A stretch of DNA of 64,000 nucleotides from Podarcis cretensis (taxonomy: Eukaryota), in NCBI GenBank assembly GCA_951804945.1, contig OX638149.1, forward strand, positions 87,606,001 through 87,670,000. The letters are read 5' to 3'. The position numbers and the translations under genes are program-made. Of the stretch, positions 22,601-34,500 are shown in pieces. Position 1 is the stretch's first letter. The number at the start of each line of letters is the position of its first letter. Under the pieces are notes generated by a model. The model saw only the letters and a program-made list of their open reading frames with translations. It was not told the DNA's origin and did not search any database.

Positions 22601-24156
22601 TCAAGTGTCTCCATCCTGAAAATGGCCTCATGTATCCATCCTTGGTGGGAACCAGGCGGCTGCTGGAAGAGACCAACCTCTGCAGCTATGGTCCCAGTAT
22701 ACAACACCTCTCAGCCTTGCATGATGTAGCCACAAATACTACATTTCCCAGCATGCACTGCTGTATCCACCTGCACCTTACACTCACACTCACCTTCAGG
22801 AAAGGCAACAGGAGCCAGGCCTCGTGTTTGGATCCCCTCTCCACCATGGCATGTGCACACAGGGTCAGGATGTTGGGATGCTCAAAGAGAAGGTGCATCT
22901 CTACCTCATGCATGGCCTCCTGGCGATCATCCTTGTCATGGCATATGATGCGTTTCAGTGCATAGAAGCGCCCATCGTGCAGCCCTTCTACTAGGTCCAC
23001 GTAGCTAAAACCTCTGTGTGGGGAGAAGGTATGTCAGGAACAGAGCAGGCAGCTTGGTAGGGGGAGGAAAGGATTTTTCTTCTCCTCTCCTGCTGCCTGT
23101 ACGCACAGGCCTCTGCTCCTGCCCACCTCTAAGCTAACAAAGTAGTGCCATTACAACTCAGAATAGGAGATTTTTAAAAAGAGGGAATTATGTAACCTTC
23201 TTCCTCTCCAACGATCAGCTGAGGAATAAGGCATTAATTTCATGCTGTGGCACAGGAATGTATTTGTGCTCCTCTCTATCCATCATCACAGCTGGCAAAC
23301 AGTGCAAAATTACACAGCAATTTAACAGGCTTATCAATAACGAGGGTTTCAACCATACACTGAAAGTGTCCCTAACCTAACCCATTGGGAATGAAGGTTG
23401 GAGGATAGATCACCCTATATCCTGACGCTGCCTGCAGTTTCATCTGTAACATCAGACATTTGCAGTCATCAGAAAAAAACACCACCACCACCGAGCTGGT
23501 CTGACGGCTTAGCAGTTCAGTGTGTTTTAGTTATCTAAAGGATGACACAGAGGAGTGAGGATGTCTGTTTACCAAAACTACTGAGGGAAGACCAGCAGGT
23601 TCAAATTGCAGCAAAGAAGACTTTGGTTACATATCAGGAATAAACTTGCCAACTGTAATGAATGAGTAAGCAACGGAACAAGTTGTTCAGAGTAGTTGTA
23701 GCTGTCTGCAGAAATATTTGCTGCTTAATCCTAAGCACATTTACTCAGAAGTAAGTTCCAAGGAGCTTACACCAAAGCATGAAAAAAAAATTGAGGGGTG
23801 ATTTGTACAGGATGAATATTGCCTCTGCAGTGGATTTGGTAGATGGGGTGGGATGGGGAATATGTGTCCTCCAGTCACAACCAATATGGACAATGGTCAA
23901 AGATGATGGAAGCTGAAATCCAACAGCATCTCGTGCCACAGAATCCCCACCACTGGACTACACGGATCCTAGATGATGTAACTTTCAGCTTTATCTCTTG
24001 CTAACAATGACAGTGCTCAATGTGTAGATGAGATGTGTGAAAAATTTGTCCTCAGTTCTCATATACTCACCCCTCCCCAAGTCTATGGATTAAAAGGTAA
24101 CGTTTGTTATTGATGGTGATGGTTCCCCTTGAGCAGATACATAGGGCTTGGCCCAT
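19636..24156 (-). CDS. STK16: Serine/threonine kinase 16 (MPSK1, NAK family), 7 coding exons, 305 aa
   Basis: Exons 24156-24071, 23013-22794, 21553-21420, 21145-21025, 20235-20140, 19972-19851 and 19774-19636; total 918 nt, all GT-AG. N-terminus MGQALCICS (myristoyl Gly2, Cys6/Cys8). Kinase motifs GEGGFS, YALK, HRDLKPTN, DLG and YRAPE. Confidence 0.96.
23530..23720 (+). mobile_element. Degraded CR1 3' fragment in a STK16 intron
   Basis: GGTTCAAATTGCAGCAAAGAAGACTTTGGTTACATATCAGGAATAAAC resembles the CR1 ORF2 C-terminal region. Confidence 0.5.
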
Positions 24157-25869
24157 GATGGTTGCTCCAACATCCTTCAGGTCCTACAGAGGGAAAGAAA
24201 GCAATATTTATTCATTTATAATATTTTGTCTCCTGCCTTTTCATACATGATGCTGAAGATGACTAACAGCATTAACAATTTGAAGGGGCTGCATCCAACA
24301 AAATCTTTGTGTTCCTGCGAGGACTTCGGCTTGTGCATTAGAATTTCCCCTCCTCTTCCCATGCTCCACCCCACAATCTGCTTCTGAGGATTGGGGGCGG
24401 GGGAACCCAGAGGATACGTGTGGGGGATGCAGAAAGAGGGCAAGCTCCATTGCACAAGCTGAAGTTCTTGCAAGAATGGGACAGCTTCACTGGATACAAC
24501 TCATAATATAACAAATACAATGGAAACTCCAATTAATAAATATGAAAGGAATTAAAGCCAGCAGCCAGCTGAAAGCTAAAAACTTGCACTGTAAATAAAA
24601 ATAAAATAAAATAAAATTGGTCAGTCAGTGACAGTGCATCAAAGACAAGTCAAGATGGGTCTAGGGATGGAACTCCAGAGACTGAGTGCAGCCACTGAGA
24701 AGGCCCTGTCCCACAAGAAATGCACCTGAGCTATTGGTGGAACGTGGAAAGGCCTTTCTCACAAAGATCTTAATACATGAGCACTTTCATAGTGGAACAG
24801 ACCTAACTTCTAGAGTTAAAAGGGAGTACAAGATAATCTAAGGCCTTTCTCTTGCCTAAAGATTGGAGTGTTCACTTACTAGTCTCCTGTTCCCTAACAT
24901 GTGCAATTTAGCGACAGCATCCACAAAACTGGCACCAAGAAAGCAAATGATCCTAGGTGCCTCAAGCAAACAGGTGCTGGGGGAAAACAAATTCTCCACC
25001 CTGTCATCACTGAATCTGCTGGCGGATTGAAGAAGAGTATGTCTAGTTAATTTCCCACTTCAAATGTGATGATCAGTCACAATTCAAGATTGAGAAAAAT
25101 ATATTCACTGGATCTTCCAAAAGCAAATAGCCTGCTTATGTGGAAATGAGACTGCAACTTCATTCATTCAGGATTCTATGTCTAGTTACAGCAGTCTCTC
25201 CCCTCTCCATCCCCAGAGAAAGGGAAAACCCATTTTTTCATCTGGGCAGGAAAAGAATGCATACCATGCAGCAACATGTCTATGATGGCCCATAACTGGT
25301 ATCACCTTAGGCACAAGTAAGTCCTACTGAATCCAATGTGGCTTAGTCCAAGGTAAATGGAGTTAGGATTGCAGTCTAAATCGTGACACCAGCTGAATTA
25401 TATACACAGAGAACTCCATTCAGGCAAGGAGAGGAAGTGAAAATGTTTCAGTGAATGGCTACTAGAAGTGTGTTACAGTTTACAGTTTTTAAAGTGCAAG
25501 TAATAAATGAAACATTTTGGAAACACCCATGGCAAGCTCCCTATAACACAGTACATGCCTTTGTAAATTAAACAGTTTCTAGCATTGATTGGTATCTGGG
25601 GTCCGAGGAGACCTAGTTTTTCCTATCTCTCCAGGTGACAGCTGGCAACGACAGCTCACTTTACAAACACATGACACCAGCTTCCTACTCAAGTGACCTC
25701 CAATTGAATCATTCCGATTTGAACGAGAGGCTGCATTCCGGAGTAGGTGGAGGAGAGGCAGAAACAGCAGAGATCAGCTTCCCCACCTCCCAGGAGAAAA
25801 CCACGCGTGGGCACTCCTGGGATGAAGGCTTTGTCACCAACATCTCCCTCCATCTGCAGTGCGGTGCCT

Positions 25870-26420
25870 AAGCTGACTCCGCCACGAGCGAGGGGGCATA
25901 CACTCTGTACATGGCTAGAGGCACGTTCGCTTTCGTTGTTATGTCATTTTGTTCCAGTGCTGAGCCCGGACATTCGGACTAGGCTCCCGGAGTTGAGCCC
26001 GGGCTCAAAATGAGGGGGAAGGGAGCTGAAGCATTGCCTTGAGGAGCCCACGCGAAGCTCTCTTTCTGGCCCCAGAAGGCTGGAGCCAGGAATAGTGGAA
26101 GCCCACGACCCTGTCACTTTTCCTAAGGCCCCGCCTACCTGCGGAGATGGGGCGGGGCCGGGGCGGGGGCGGAGAGGAGTGGGCTAAGGACTCACCCGTC
26201 TCTGTCCGGCGCACGGACTCTTCCGAGGGAGCTTCAGCGCGACAGAAGCCGCGCACTCCGCCTCTCGACGTCATTATTCCGCGCCATCCGCACTGCCGCC
26301 CGCAGAAGGTAGCCTAGCAACCGTTCAAGGGGGCGGAGCAGGAGCTGCGGGAGCGGAGGGCAGGGAGCGTGGAAGGGAGGAAACTGAACAGGGAATGGGG
26401 GGAGGGGGAGAAAAAAAAAG
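25870..26420. promoter_or_regulatory. CpG-island promoter of STK16 (non-coding exon 1 about 26270-26196), probably shared with GLB1L
   Basis: CpG-rich. Minus-strand donor CGG|GTGAGT at 26196, CRE-like CGACGTCA at 26266-26273, X-box-like GTAGCCTAGCAAC at 26309-26321, and GC boxes. Confidence 0.78.
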
Positions 26421-29254
26421 AGCTACAAGAGCAGAATGTCCCAGTTTAGGGGACAGAGTGTTGTGGTTGGACGTGGTTAGTGGTTTCTGGACCCCCATGC
26501 GTGTTTACTGAGGAGTAAATGTGTTGAATTTAGTGAGGCTTATTCCCAAGTAAATGCACACCGTCATAAACACTGGTTTACCTCACAGGGCTGTTGTGAA
26601 GATTTGTTATTCCTTTTTTCATAAAATTTGCACACCTCTTGTTTCTTTTACCCCTCGCCTTCTGAATCCTATGTAAGGCTTCAACATTTTATTTGTTTGT
26701 TACGTTTTTAACCTAGTACTCCTCTAAAGAGCTGTATATGCTGCCGCCCCTCTTTATCCTCAACAACCCTGTGAGGTAGGGTAGGCCAGTGGTGGTTAGC
26801 CCAATATTGTTCAGCTAACTTGGTGTTTGAGTATAAGGGAGTCATTGGAGCACCCCACAATTGCCTAACTTTGGCTCCCATAGGTTCAGGTTGGGGGTCA
26901 CAAGCAAGAGACTTTAGCCAGGAGATCGAAGGAAAGCAGTGGCCAGTAGGCCTGATCTTTATTGTTGCAACAACACTACCACATGGAAGAAGCAGAGAGA
27001 AGTCCCAAACAAAGTTTTTATAAGTTTCTCAACTTACGCATAACACTCTTAGTAAAACATCATACATTTATCATAATTATGTCATAAATTGGGAGGGGTC
27101 TTCTGGCAGAAGCCTGAGGACCAGACTTACCCTGTCCTCACATGACCCCCACCTTCCAATCTTTAGGCAAAACAAAGGTGAGTATTTACATTTTCCTGTT
27201 TTCCCAGACAAGTTAAGCACACCCTTTGTCTTGACCAAGACCCCAATCCACTAAGGTTGGGTTTGGGATTGTCCTTAGAATGACTACCTGTTCTGGTACT
27301 CAGGTGCCAGGATGCTAGAGATTATCACCCAAGCAGTGGGACACACTGAGTAGGGGGTCTCACCCTTCAGGGATTATGGCTGCCCCTACCCATTTCATAA
27401 GTTCCTCCCCTGCTAGCCATTTTCCTTCTGAGTAGAACAATGTTGGAATGGTGTAAATCTGTCATTGCAGTGATTTTATATGAATTTCTAAAGTTTTCCA
27501 TTGACCTAATACATAGATACATTTATCAGTGAATTGCTACATTTGGTAGCAGAGTCTCTTTGTCTTTGGCTCCTAGTATGGAGAGGCAAGGCTTGTGGTG
27601 GTGGTGGGAAAGATCTCTCACCCCCCTTCCAATTTCCCGGTACCATAAGAGTTTGGATTTGAATGCATATTTTCTCCCACTAAGTTCACTACACCAGCCA
27701 CCCACAAGACATGAAGGAGAATTAATTTTACTACCACTATGGATGATGATGATAATGATGATAAAAATAATTTCATTTCCTCAGTTCTCAAATATGAATA
27801 TGAGAAGGGGGGCACCCCATATAATGTCCAAGTAATCCCTCTGGCTTAGAATAAAACTAAGGTGGTATTTCTGGAACCTGATGTGTTTCTCATAACTTGT
27901 ACCAGTCTGTGACTCTTGATGAGACCCATATTCCTAGAACATCCTATCCCTTTGTGAGGTGGCACAGAATGTGGTGACATCAAAGGTGATATAGCTCTGG
28001 TGTGGCAAAGATATGCATCATCCTGCGGGTATACAAATGACTCCTGCTGCTGACTGGACACAGTAATGCAAAGGCCCAGTAAGTAAAAGGTTCTTTAGAT
28101 GACAGGTGAATTTTTGTAAGTTGGATGTATTCTATTTAAAATACATATTAAAACGTCATACACAAAACAAATCTATAATATTAATCATATAAAATGTACC
28201 ACAGTTGTTCATAGAGTAGCGTAACAAACAGGTAATAGTATCTTTATTTTTCAGTAGAATATATCCAAAATGATATTAAATCATAGATGACACTTACTCT
28301 TGTATGTTTTCTTCAGGTTTAATTCTGGGACTGTGCTTTTGATGCATTCACTGGACTCTGATATTCATGCTCTACTGTGTTAATAAGTATTGTACATCCT
28401 GCCAAATTTAAACACAGCTTTTAAACCACAAACATGCCACAAACCCAAAATTAACCACAGTCAAGTGATAAGGAGTCAAACCCATTGACAGCATTCCTTA
28501 ACTGCATTGCCTGCTGCCTAAATATGTGATGTGTTGGACAGAAAAGAAAAGCATTCAATTAGTAGACAAGGTTTTGTTTGTGCCTGTATTTGGGACTGGG
28601 CAAGAATCCCCCAGTCAGGTTGGTAAGGACCCTAGGAGATTTGTGATTTCCCTTGTAGTGTGTAGCTCAACCCATTTGTGCAAGTCTTTTCAAACTATTA
28701 TCCCTGCATGCACCTTTCTGCAGTGCACTTGCTCCCTTCTTCTTGGCAAATTATAGTCTGGAACTGTGAGGGGTTGGTGGATGAATAGTTTTACACTGGG
28801 CAAGGTGCAGACTGGCAGGCTTTTCAGTCCTCTTGACCTCTATAATTTTATCATTGGTTACTTGAGTTTCTCTTAGGATTCTGTTTTGGGGAGTTCACTG
28901 ACAGAGCCAGCTTTGCCCACAGAATCTCCCAGGTTTAGTTCCTTGTGACTTCACTTAAATAGGTTTCAAGAAGCAGGGTTGAGAAAGACTACTGTCTTTC
29001 CAAGACTATAAAGATGCTATAAACAATTTCTGGACTGGATGACCAGTGGTCTGACTTTGTATTATAAGACACTATATGGCTGAGCATCTCATTCCTATAG
29101 AAAGGGATAAATTTATGCCAGTGGGGTACACAGAGCAAGGAAGAGAGGCCTCTAACATTAATTGTAGTTAGGAGAAATTGCAACCTGTTTTAGCTTTGTT
29201 ATGAGTTTGGAAGTGGGTAGGCTGTATGCCTGAGCCCTTCTTTTAATTCCTAGA

Positions 29255-29728
29255 TCCAGCATGGATTCAGTTGCTGAAATAGCCAGGCCAGCCTGGTAAT
29301 AGCCTTCTAAGTAAGAGTCCTTCAGGGAGCAAAGGGAGTGGCTCTGTGCCAGAGGGCAAATGGATGGGCCTTCCTTCCCTGGTTGGAAAGACAAAAGGAC
29401 AGAGTTGAGGGTTGAGTTATGTGAACTAGAAGCTGGAGCCAAAAACAGTAGGTTGGAAAGCCAGAGAGAGCGAGAGAGCGCCAGGCCTGATTTCTGCTGG
29501 AATCTAAGGCTGTGGCTATGAGACAAGCAAGGCCTTCTAGGGGTGTTAATGCTGTGAACCCTTCCATTGTAGGCTCAGGTTGTATATATGTGTAAATAAA
29601 CCATATATCCTAAAGACACTGCAGTCTCCACTGTGCCACATTCCCAAAGGAAACACAAACCCAGGGTAAATGAACCCCTAGAAGCCCTGGAATCCTGCAC
29701 TGCTCAGAAACTAGGGTGGCATGCAACA
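29255..29728 (+). mobile_element. Probable solo LTR remnant
   Basis: Ends in ...GGCATGCAACA, with TATATA/AATAAA motifs at about 29583-29600. The left boundary and TSD are not resolved. Confidence 0.4.
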
Positions 29729-30284
29729 GTATTAAATGTGGGAGCAGAAAGGCACCAAGGAAGCAATGATTATAACAAACAAACCAAATAGTAAAGGAGA
29801 CTAATGGAGCACCATCTTGCAGCTTCTCTCAGAAAGAAAAATAAGCACTGATTAATGATAGTGGATTAAATGTCAAAGTGCAATTTAATTGAACAGCTGG
29901 AAGTTAAAACCGGATACATCCATATTAGAAGATAGATCCCAGGATTTAGCAGACTGTGCAGATTAATCATTGCAACAAGCTGCTGGTGGGAGGGAAAGAA
30001 TGTAATTTTTCCATTACTCATAGCCTTCAGACCAAACAGATTATTTGGTTATTTGTAATGTAATAGCCCCCCAGTATTACAATAGATTAGAGCATTCCTT
30101 AAATTATCTGAAGGAGGTCAGACTAGATGTTCTCACTGATTCTTCTGCTGTTGTAGACTAGATAGGCATGTCAGGTCCTTGACTAATCACTGCATTTGGT
30201 GTAGCTCATTTGGATACTTAATTTAACTTACAAAACATGTCCACATTTTGTCTATATGTATAAAGGAGAATTAAAGTCCCCTGA

Positions 30285-30452
30285 GGCTGCATACATACCA
30301 TATATTAAAAGCATCTGACTTTCCCCAAAGAATTATGGGAACTGTAGTTTGTCCCTTGTGTAGCTACAATTCCCAGCACCCTTAACAAACTACAGTTCTC
30401 AAGATTCTTCGGGAAAAGTAACATACTTTCAATGCATGGTGTGTACAGAGCC
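30285..30452. mobile_element. Palindromic MITE (possibly PIF/Harbinger-like)
   Basis: Ends GGCTGCATACATACCAT and ATGGTGTGTACAGAGCC. Internal arms CTTTCCCCAAAGAAT..GGGAACTGTAGTTTGT and ACAAACTACAGTTCTC..ATTCTTCGGGAAAAG pair. Confidence 0.65.
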
Positions 30453-30947
30453 ATAGAAACCTTCATCCTTTTGCCATTACCAAAACAACAAGATTGAGGC
30501 TTTTGATCTAGTGGTAGACAGCTGTGCAGTGCAGTGCCAACTCTGCTGTCTCTCTGCTTCTATCCACTATATAACTCTGAGCAGCACAAACTACCATTAC
30601 TGATGATTTGAAAAAGTTTATGTTTCTCATACTTCTGTAATTTGAGTACGGGAAACCAACTCTGTGTTCCAGTTCCTCTGTGCTGCTTCATAATTCTCTC
30701 CCCGGGATTTGGAGGGAGTTTTGTGCCTCATAATTTCCTCCCCTGATTTATAGTCACAGACTCTGTATATAGTTGCTGGAACATTGCCTCCTCTTTTCCA
30801 CCTCTCTGTTCAAATAAGGCCTGTGGCCTGTCTTTACTTCCCTCCTCGCAGGGGCCAACCGGAGGAAGCACCAGGCCTGCCCACTAGCTTGTCATGTGAT
30901 GACTCCTTGTGACTCTCTTGTCCCGGGCTGAAGCTGTAACCAAAGAG

Positions 30948-31519
30948 ATGGAGCTGCTGCTGTGTGTTTTGATGGTGGTGTTGGGAGGCCTGCAACTCCA
31001 GGTAAGCAACAAGAAGGAGAACTGCAGGAGGGTGTTTCTTTGGAAGAAACAGCTGAGATGGAACCATCTTAGACTGCCTAGGGGAATTTTAAGGATTTCC
31101 TTTTCTGTTGCTTTAGATTCCCCACTTGCTCTCCCTCCAGTCAAACTGAGCTCAAGCTTTTCCTTACCTCTTCTTGGTTCCTTTCCCCCATCTATTATTT
31201 TGTATAGGAATGGGTTAATATTGGGAGTTCCCCAATATGTAATCAAGCCATGCTGCTTTAAAAACAACCCCATTCAGCCAAAAAAATGGCCGCAAGGGAG
31301 TGAGAAACTGGCTACATTCTCGGTGAATTGGCCAGTAATGATGAGCAGTCTGTACTAGTGGAAACAATTTCAGGGGCAGGACAAGGTAAGGCAAACCAAA
31401 TGACAAAAACTTTTTGTGTGTGCGAATATTTGCAGAGGGTAAAGCATAGCATTGGAAGCAGAGATTTGAGTGGCTTCAAATTATGATTTAGTAAATGGGC
31501 CACATGTGAACCAGTGATT

Positions 31520-31553
<34 letters not shown>

Positions 31554-34500
31554 GGAGTCCTGGAGGGAGTGGGTCAGACTTGAACCTCAGGTGCAAATCT
31601 TGACTGGGATCTTAGAATTGATCTTACAGGAGCTGGAGAGGAATAATGTCTCATAAATCTAGAAGGATTCTTTTCAAAGCAATCACATTGCAGACTTACC
31701 CATAAAACAGTCCGTGTCAAGCTTACTACCCAGGTTCCATAGTCAGGGAGATGACGTAAATATCTCTTGCTATGGCAGAGGGGAAGAGGATGACATTCTC
31801 TATTTGATCCTCCCAGCAGGAGATGGGATGAAGTTTCAATTTTATACAAAAAATAATAATGCTCTCTTTCCCCTCCTGTCCTGAATGCCAGGCCTCCTCA
31901 ACAGACCGTTCCTTCCGCATTGATTATGTGAATAACTGCTTCCTCAAAGATGGTGCTAGATTTCGCTATATCTCAGGCAGCATCCATTACTTCCGGGTCC
32001 CACCTGCCTATTGGAAAGATCGGCTCCTCAAGATGTACATGAGTGGCCTCAATGCTGTGCAAATGTAAGTGACCAGAAGGGGAAGTGTGGCTCTTGGGAC
32101 TTATTCTGTGCCACAGTGAAGGACAGAGGCTAATGACTGCGCACAGGTGCTCCATTTTTCTCACTGTACAGTCCTCACTGCAGGCTCTGGCCAACATTTA
32201 GAGCAGAGAAGCTTATGCTGTCTGAAGGTGGAGTTGGCCCATGTACTGGAGGTTCTTTGCACTGAAAATGTGCAGCCCAGATGACAAATACACGAGCCTG
32301 TTCCAGTACAGCTTTCTTTTAAAATGGAATCACCTCCACTCTCATCCCAACCTAAAAGCTGAGGGAGAAAGATTTCTGTTCATGCCCCCTCTGTTCCTCG
32401 TTATATTTAAATGTTTGGCCATACTAGGCTGAGAACCAGTTGTAGATGAACTGCAAAGAAGGAAGATGGGTGGTGTTTCTGGCACCTATAATAATTACAT
32501 CACAGAGGAAATGTCAGTGGGGGTAGCTTATTATGCAAACTATACCTACAGAAATTCCCTCTTCTGCACAACTATTAAAGGTGCAAGAGCTGTGTTCTCT
32601 TTTGGATCTGCTCAGCCTAGGCCATAAGTGTGTGCACTGGCGGAGGAAGAGGATTGTGGGGGGAGTGCACCGCCCCCGGCAGCGCGATGCCAGCGGGGTG
32701 CCATCGTGGCTGCCCCCCTGCCCGTGCTGGGTGCCACACCCCCGCAGGTGGCGTGCCACACCCCCAGGATGCGTGCCAGTCCCAGCCCCGCCCCCGCCTG
32801 CTCTCCTCCTCCCCCCCCCCCCGGTGCCAGAGCATGAAGCTCCGCCACTGAGTGTGAGAGAGTGTGTGTGTGTGTGTGTAATGTATTTAATTTGTATACC
32901 AGCCTTCGTTTGTATATCTCAGGGCAGTTCACAACATAAAATTACAATATAAAAAGAGTAACAAATTCCTGCCCTGTTAATCCTCATGCATCTCCTGGGG
33001 TGTATCCTCCTTGTCTCACCTTCTTATTTCAAACTGAAATATGTATTTTCACCCTTCAGCTATGTGCCCTGGAACTACCATGAGTCACAGCCTGGTGTCT
33101 ACAACTTTTCTGGTGACAGAGACTTGGAAAAATTCCTGAATTTGGTTGCTGAGTTAGACCTTTTGGTGATCTTGCGACCTGGACCCTACATCTGTGCCGA
33201 ATGGGAGATGGTGAGTGCTGGGCAAAAGATTCAGATGGGCTAAAACTCACTTGCAGTACCTGAATGCTGCACAGTTCACCTCTCTCATACAGAGGGTTGC
33301 TAGTCATTGATCATTTTATCCTCTTTAACTCCTTACCTTGCGTTATTTCTCTGAGTTTTCAGCTTTGTCTTACCTTTCTAGGTTTTTAATCTTCTACTTT
33401 TTCTCTACATTATCTTTCCCAGTTCTTGATCTCTACACATTTTCTTGCTCTCATAGCTTCAGCAACTTTTTTATGATAACAAATCTGAAACCTACTTTTT
33501 CCACCCTAGATTCTTGCCTTATGACCTTTCCACCATTTCTTATTGATTTGGAGCAGGAGAGGAGCAACTACGGACCCTGACATTATTTGAACTGTTTACC
33601 TCTTGACCTTCTTTCCTAGGGTGGCCTTCCATCCTGGCTGTTGACAAAGCCAGATATTGCCCTGCGCACAACTGACTCAGGTAAGATAGAACTAGAGGGA
33701 GGGGGCAGACCCTCTGGATCTCATGTTCAATTCTGTAAATTTATTTATTTCATAAAATTTATATACCGCTTGACTGTACAAAACCTCAGAATGGTTTGCA
33801 AAAAGATCAGGGGTGGGGAACCTGTGGCTCTCCAGATGCTTTTGGATTCCATTTCCCATCCACCCCAGCCATCATTGTTCAGGAATGGTCGGAATTATAA
33901 TCCACAAGATCTGGAGGGTCATAAGTCCTAAATGGTTGGTGTCTTTGTGTGGTTCTGGCTGCTTCATATCAAGCTGTTAGAGGGCCAGTCATCTGGGCCT
34001 TCCAACTTCCATGTCTCTTCCACAGAATTAAAGCAGCCCATGTGAGTGGTATATAATGGCCAAGGAGCACTTTCAGACCTTTTCTCTGTACACAGTACCA
34101 CAATTACCAATTCTTGTCTTAGCAAGGTGTTGGAAATAGGGAAAAGGAGCCCCAGTTGTTGGCTGAGCAAGCTGATTCATGCTCCTAGATTACCTGCAAG
34201 CTATGGACAGATGGTTGGAAGTCCTGCTGCCCAAGATCAAGCCTCATCTCTACCACAATGGAGGCAACATCATCAGTGTCCAGGTGCGTGCAGCATAGGC
34301 GCATTGTGTGTCCCTGGGCCTCTGGTTGCACCTTCAGAGGTTCCCTGATGTGAAACCTTACTGAGCCCTAAGTAACTTACTATCGGAGTACAAGTATATA
34401 GCTTTTACACCAGGCTCTACTTGGTGGATCTCAATATTTCAGTTAAAAATAAAGACAGAAGACTGCTCACCCCTGCCTTAAACCACTGCTTTGTGCCTGC

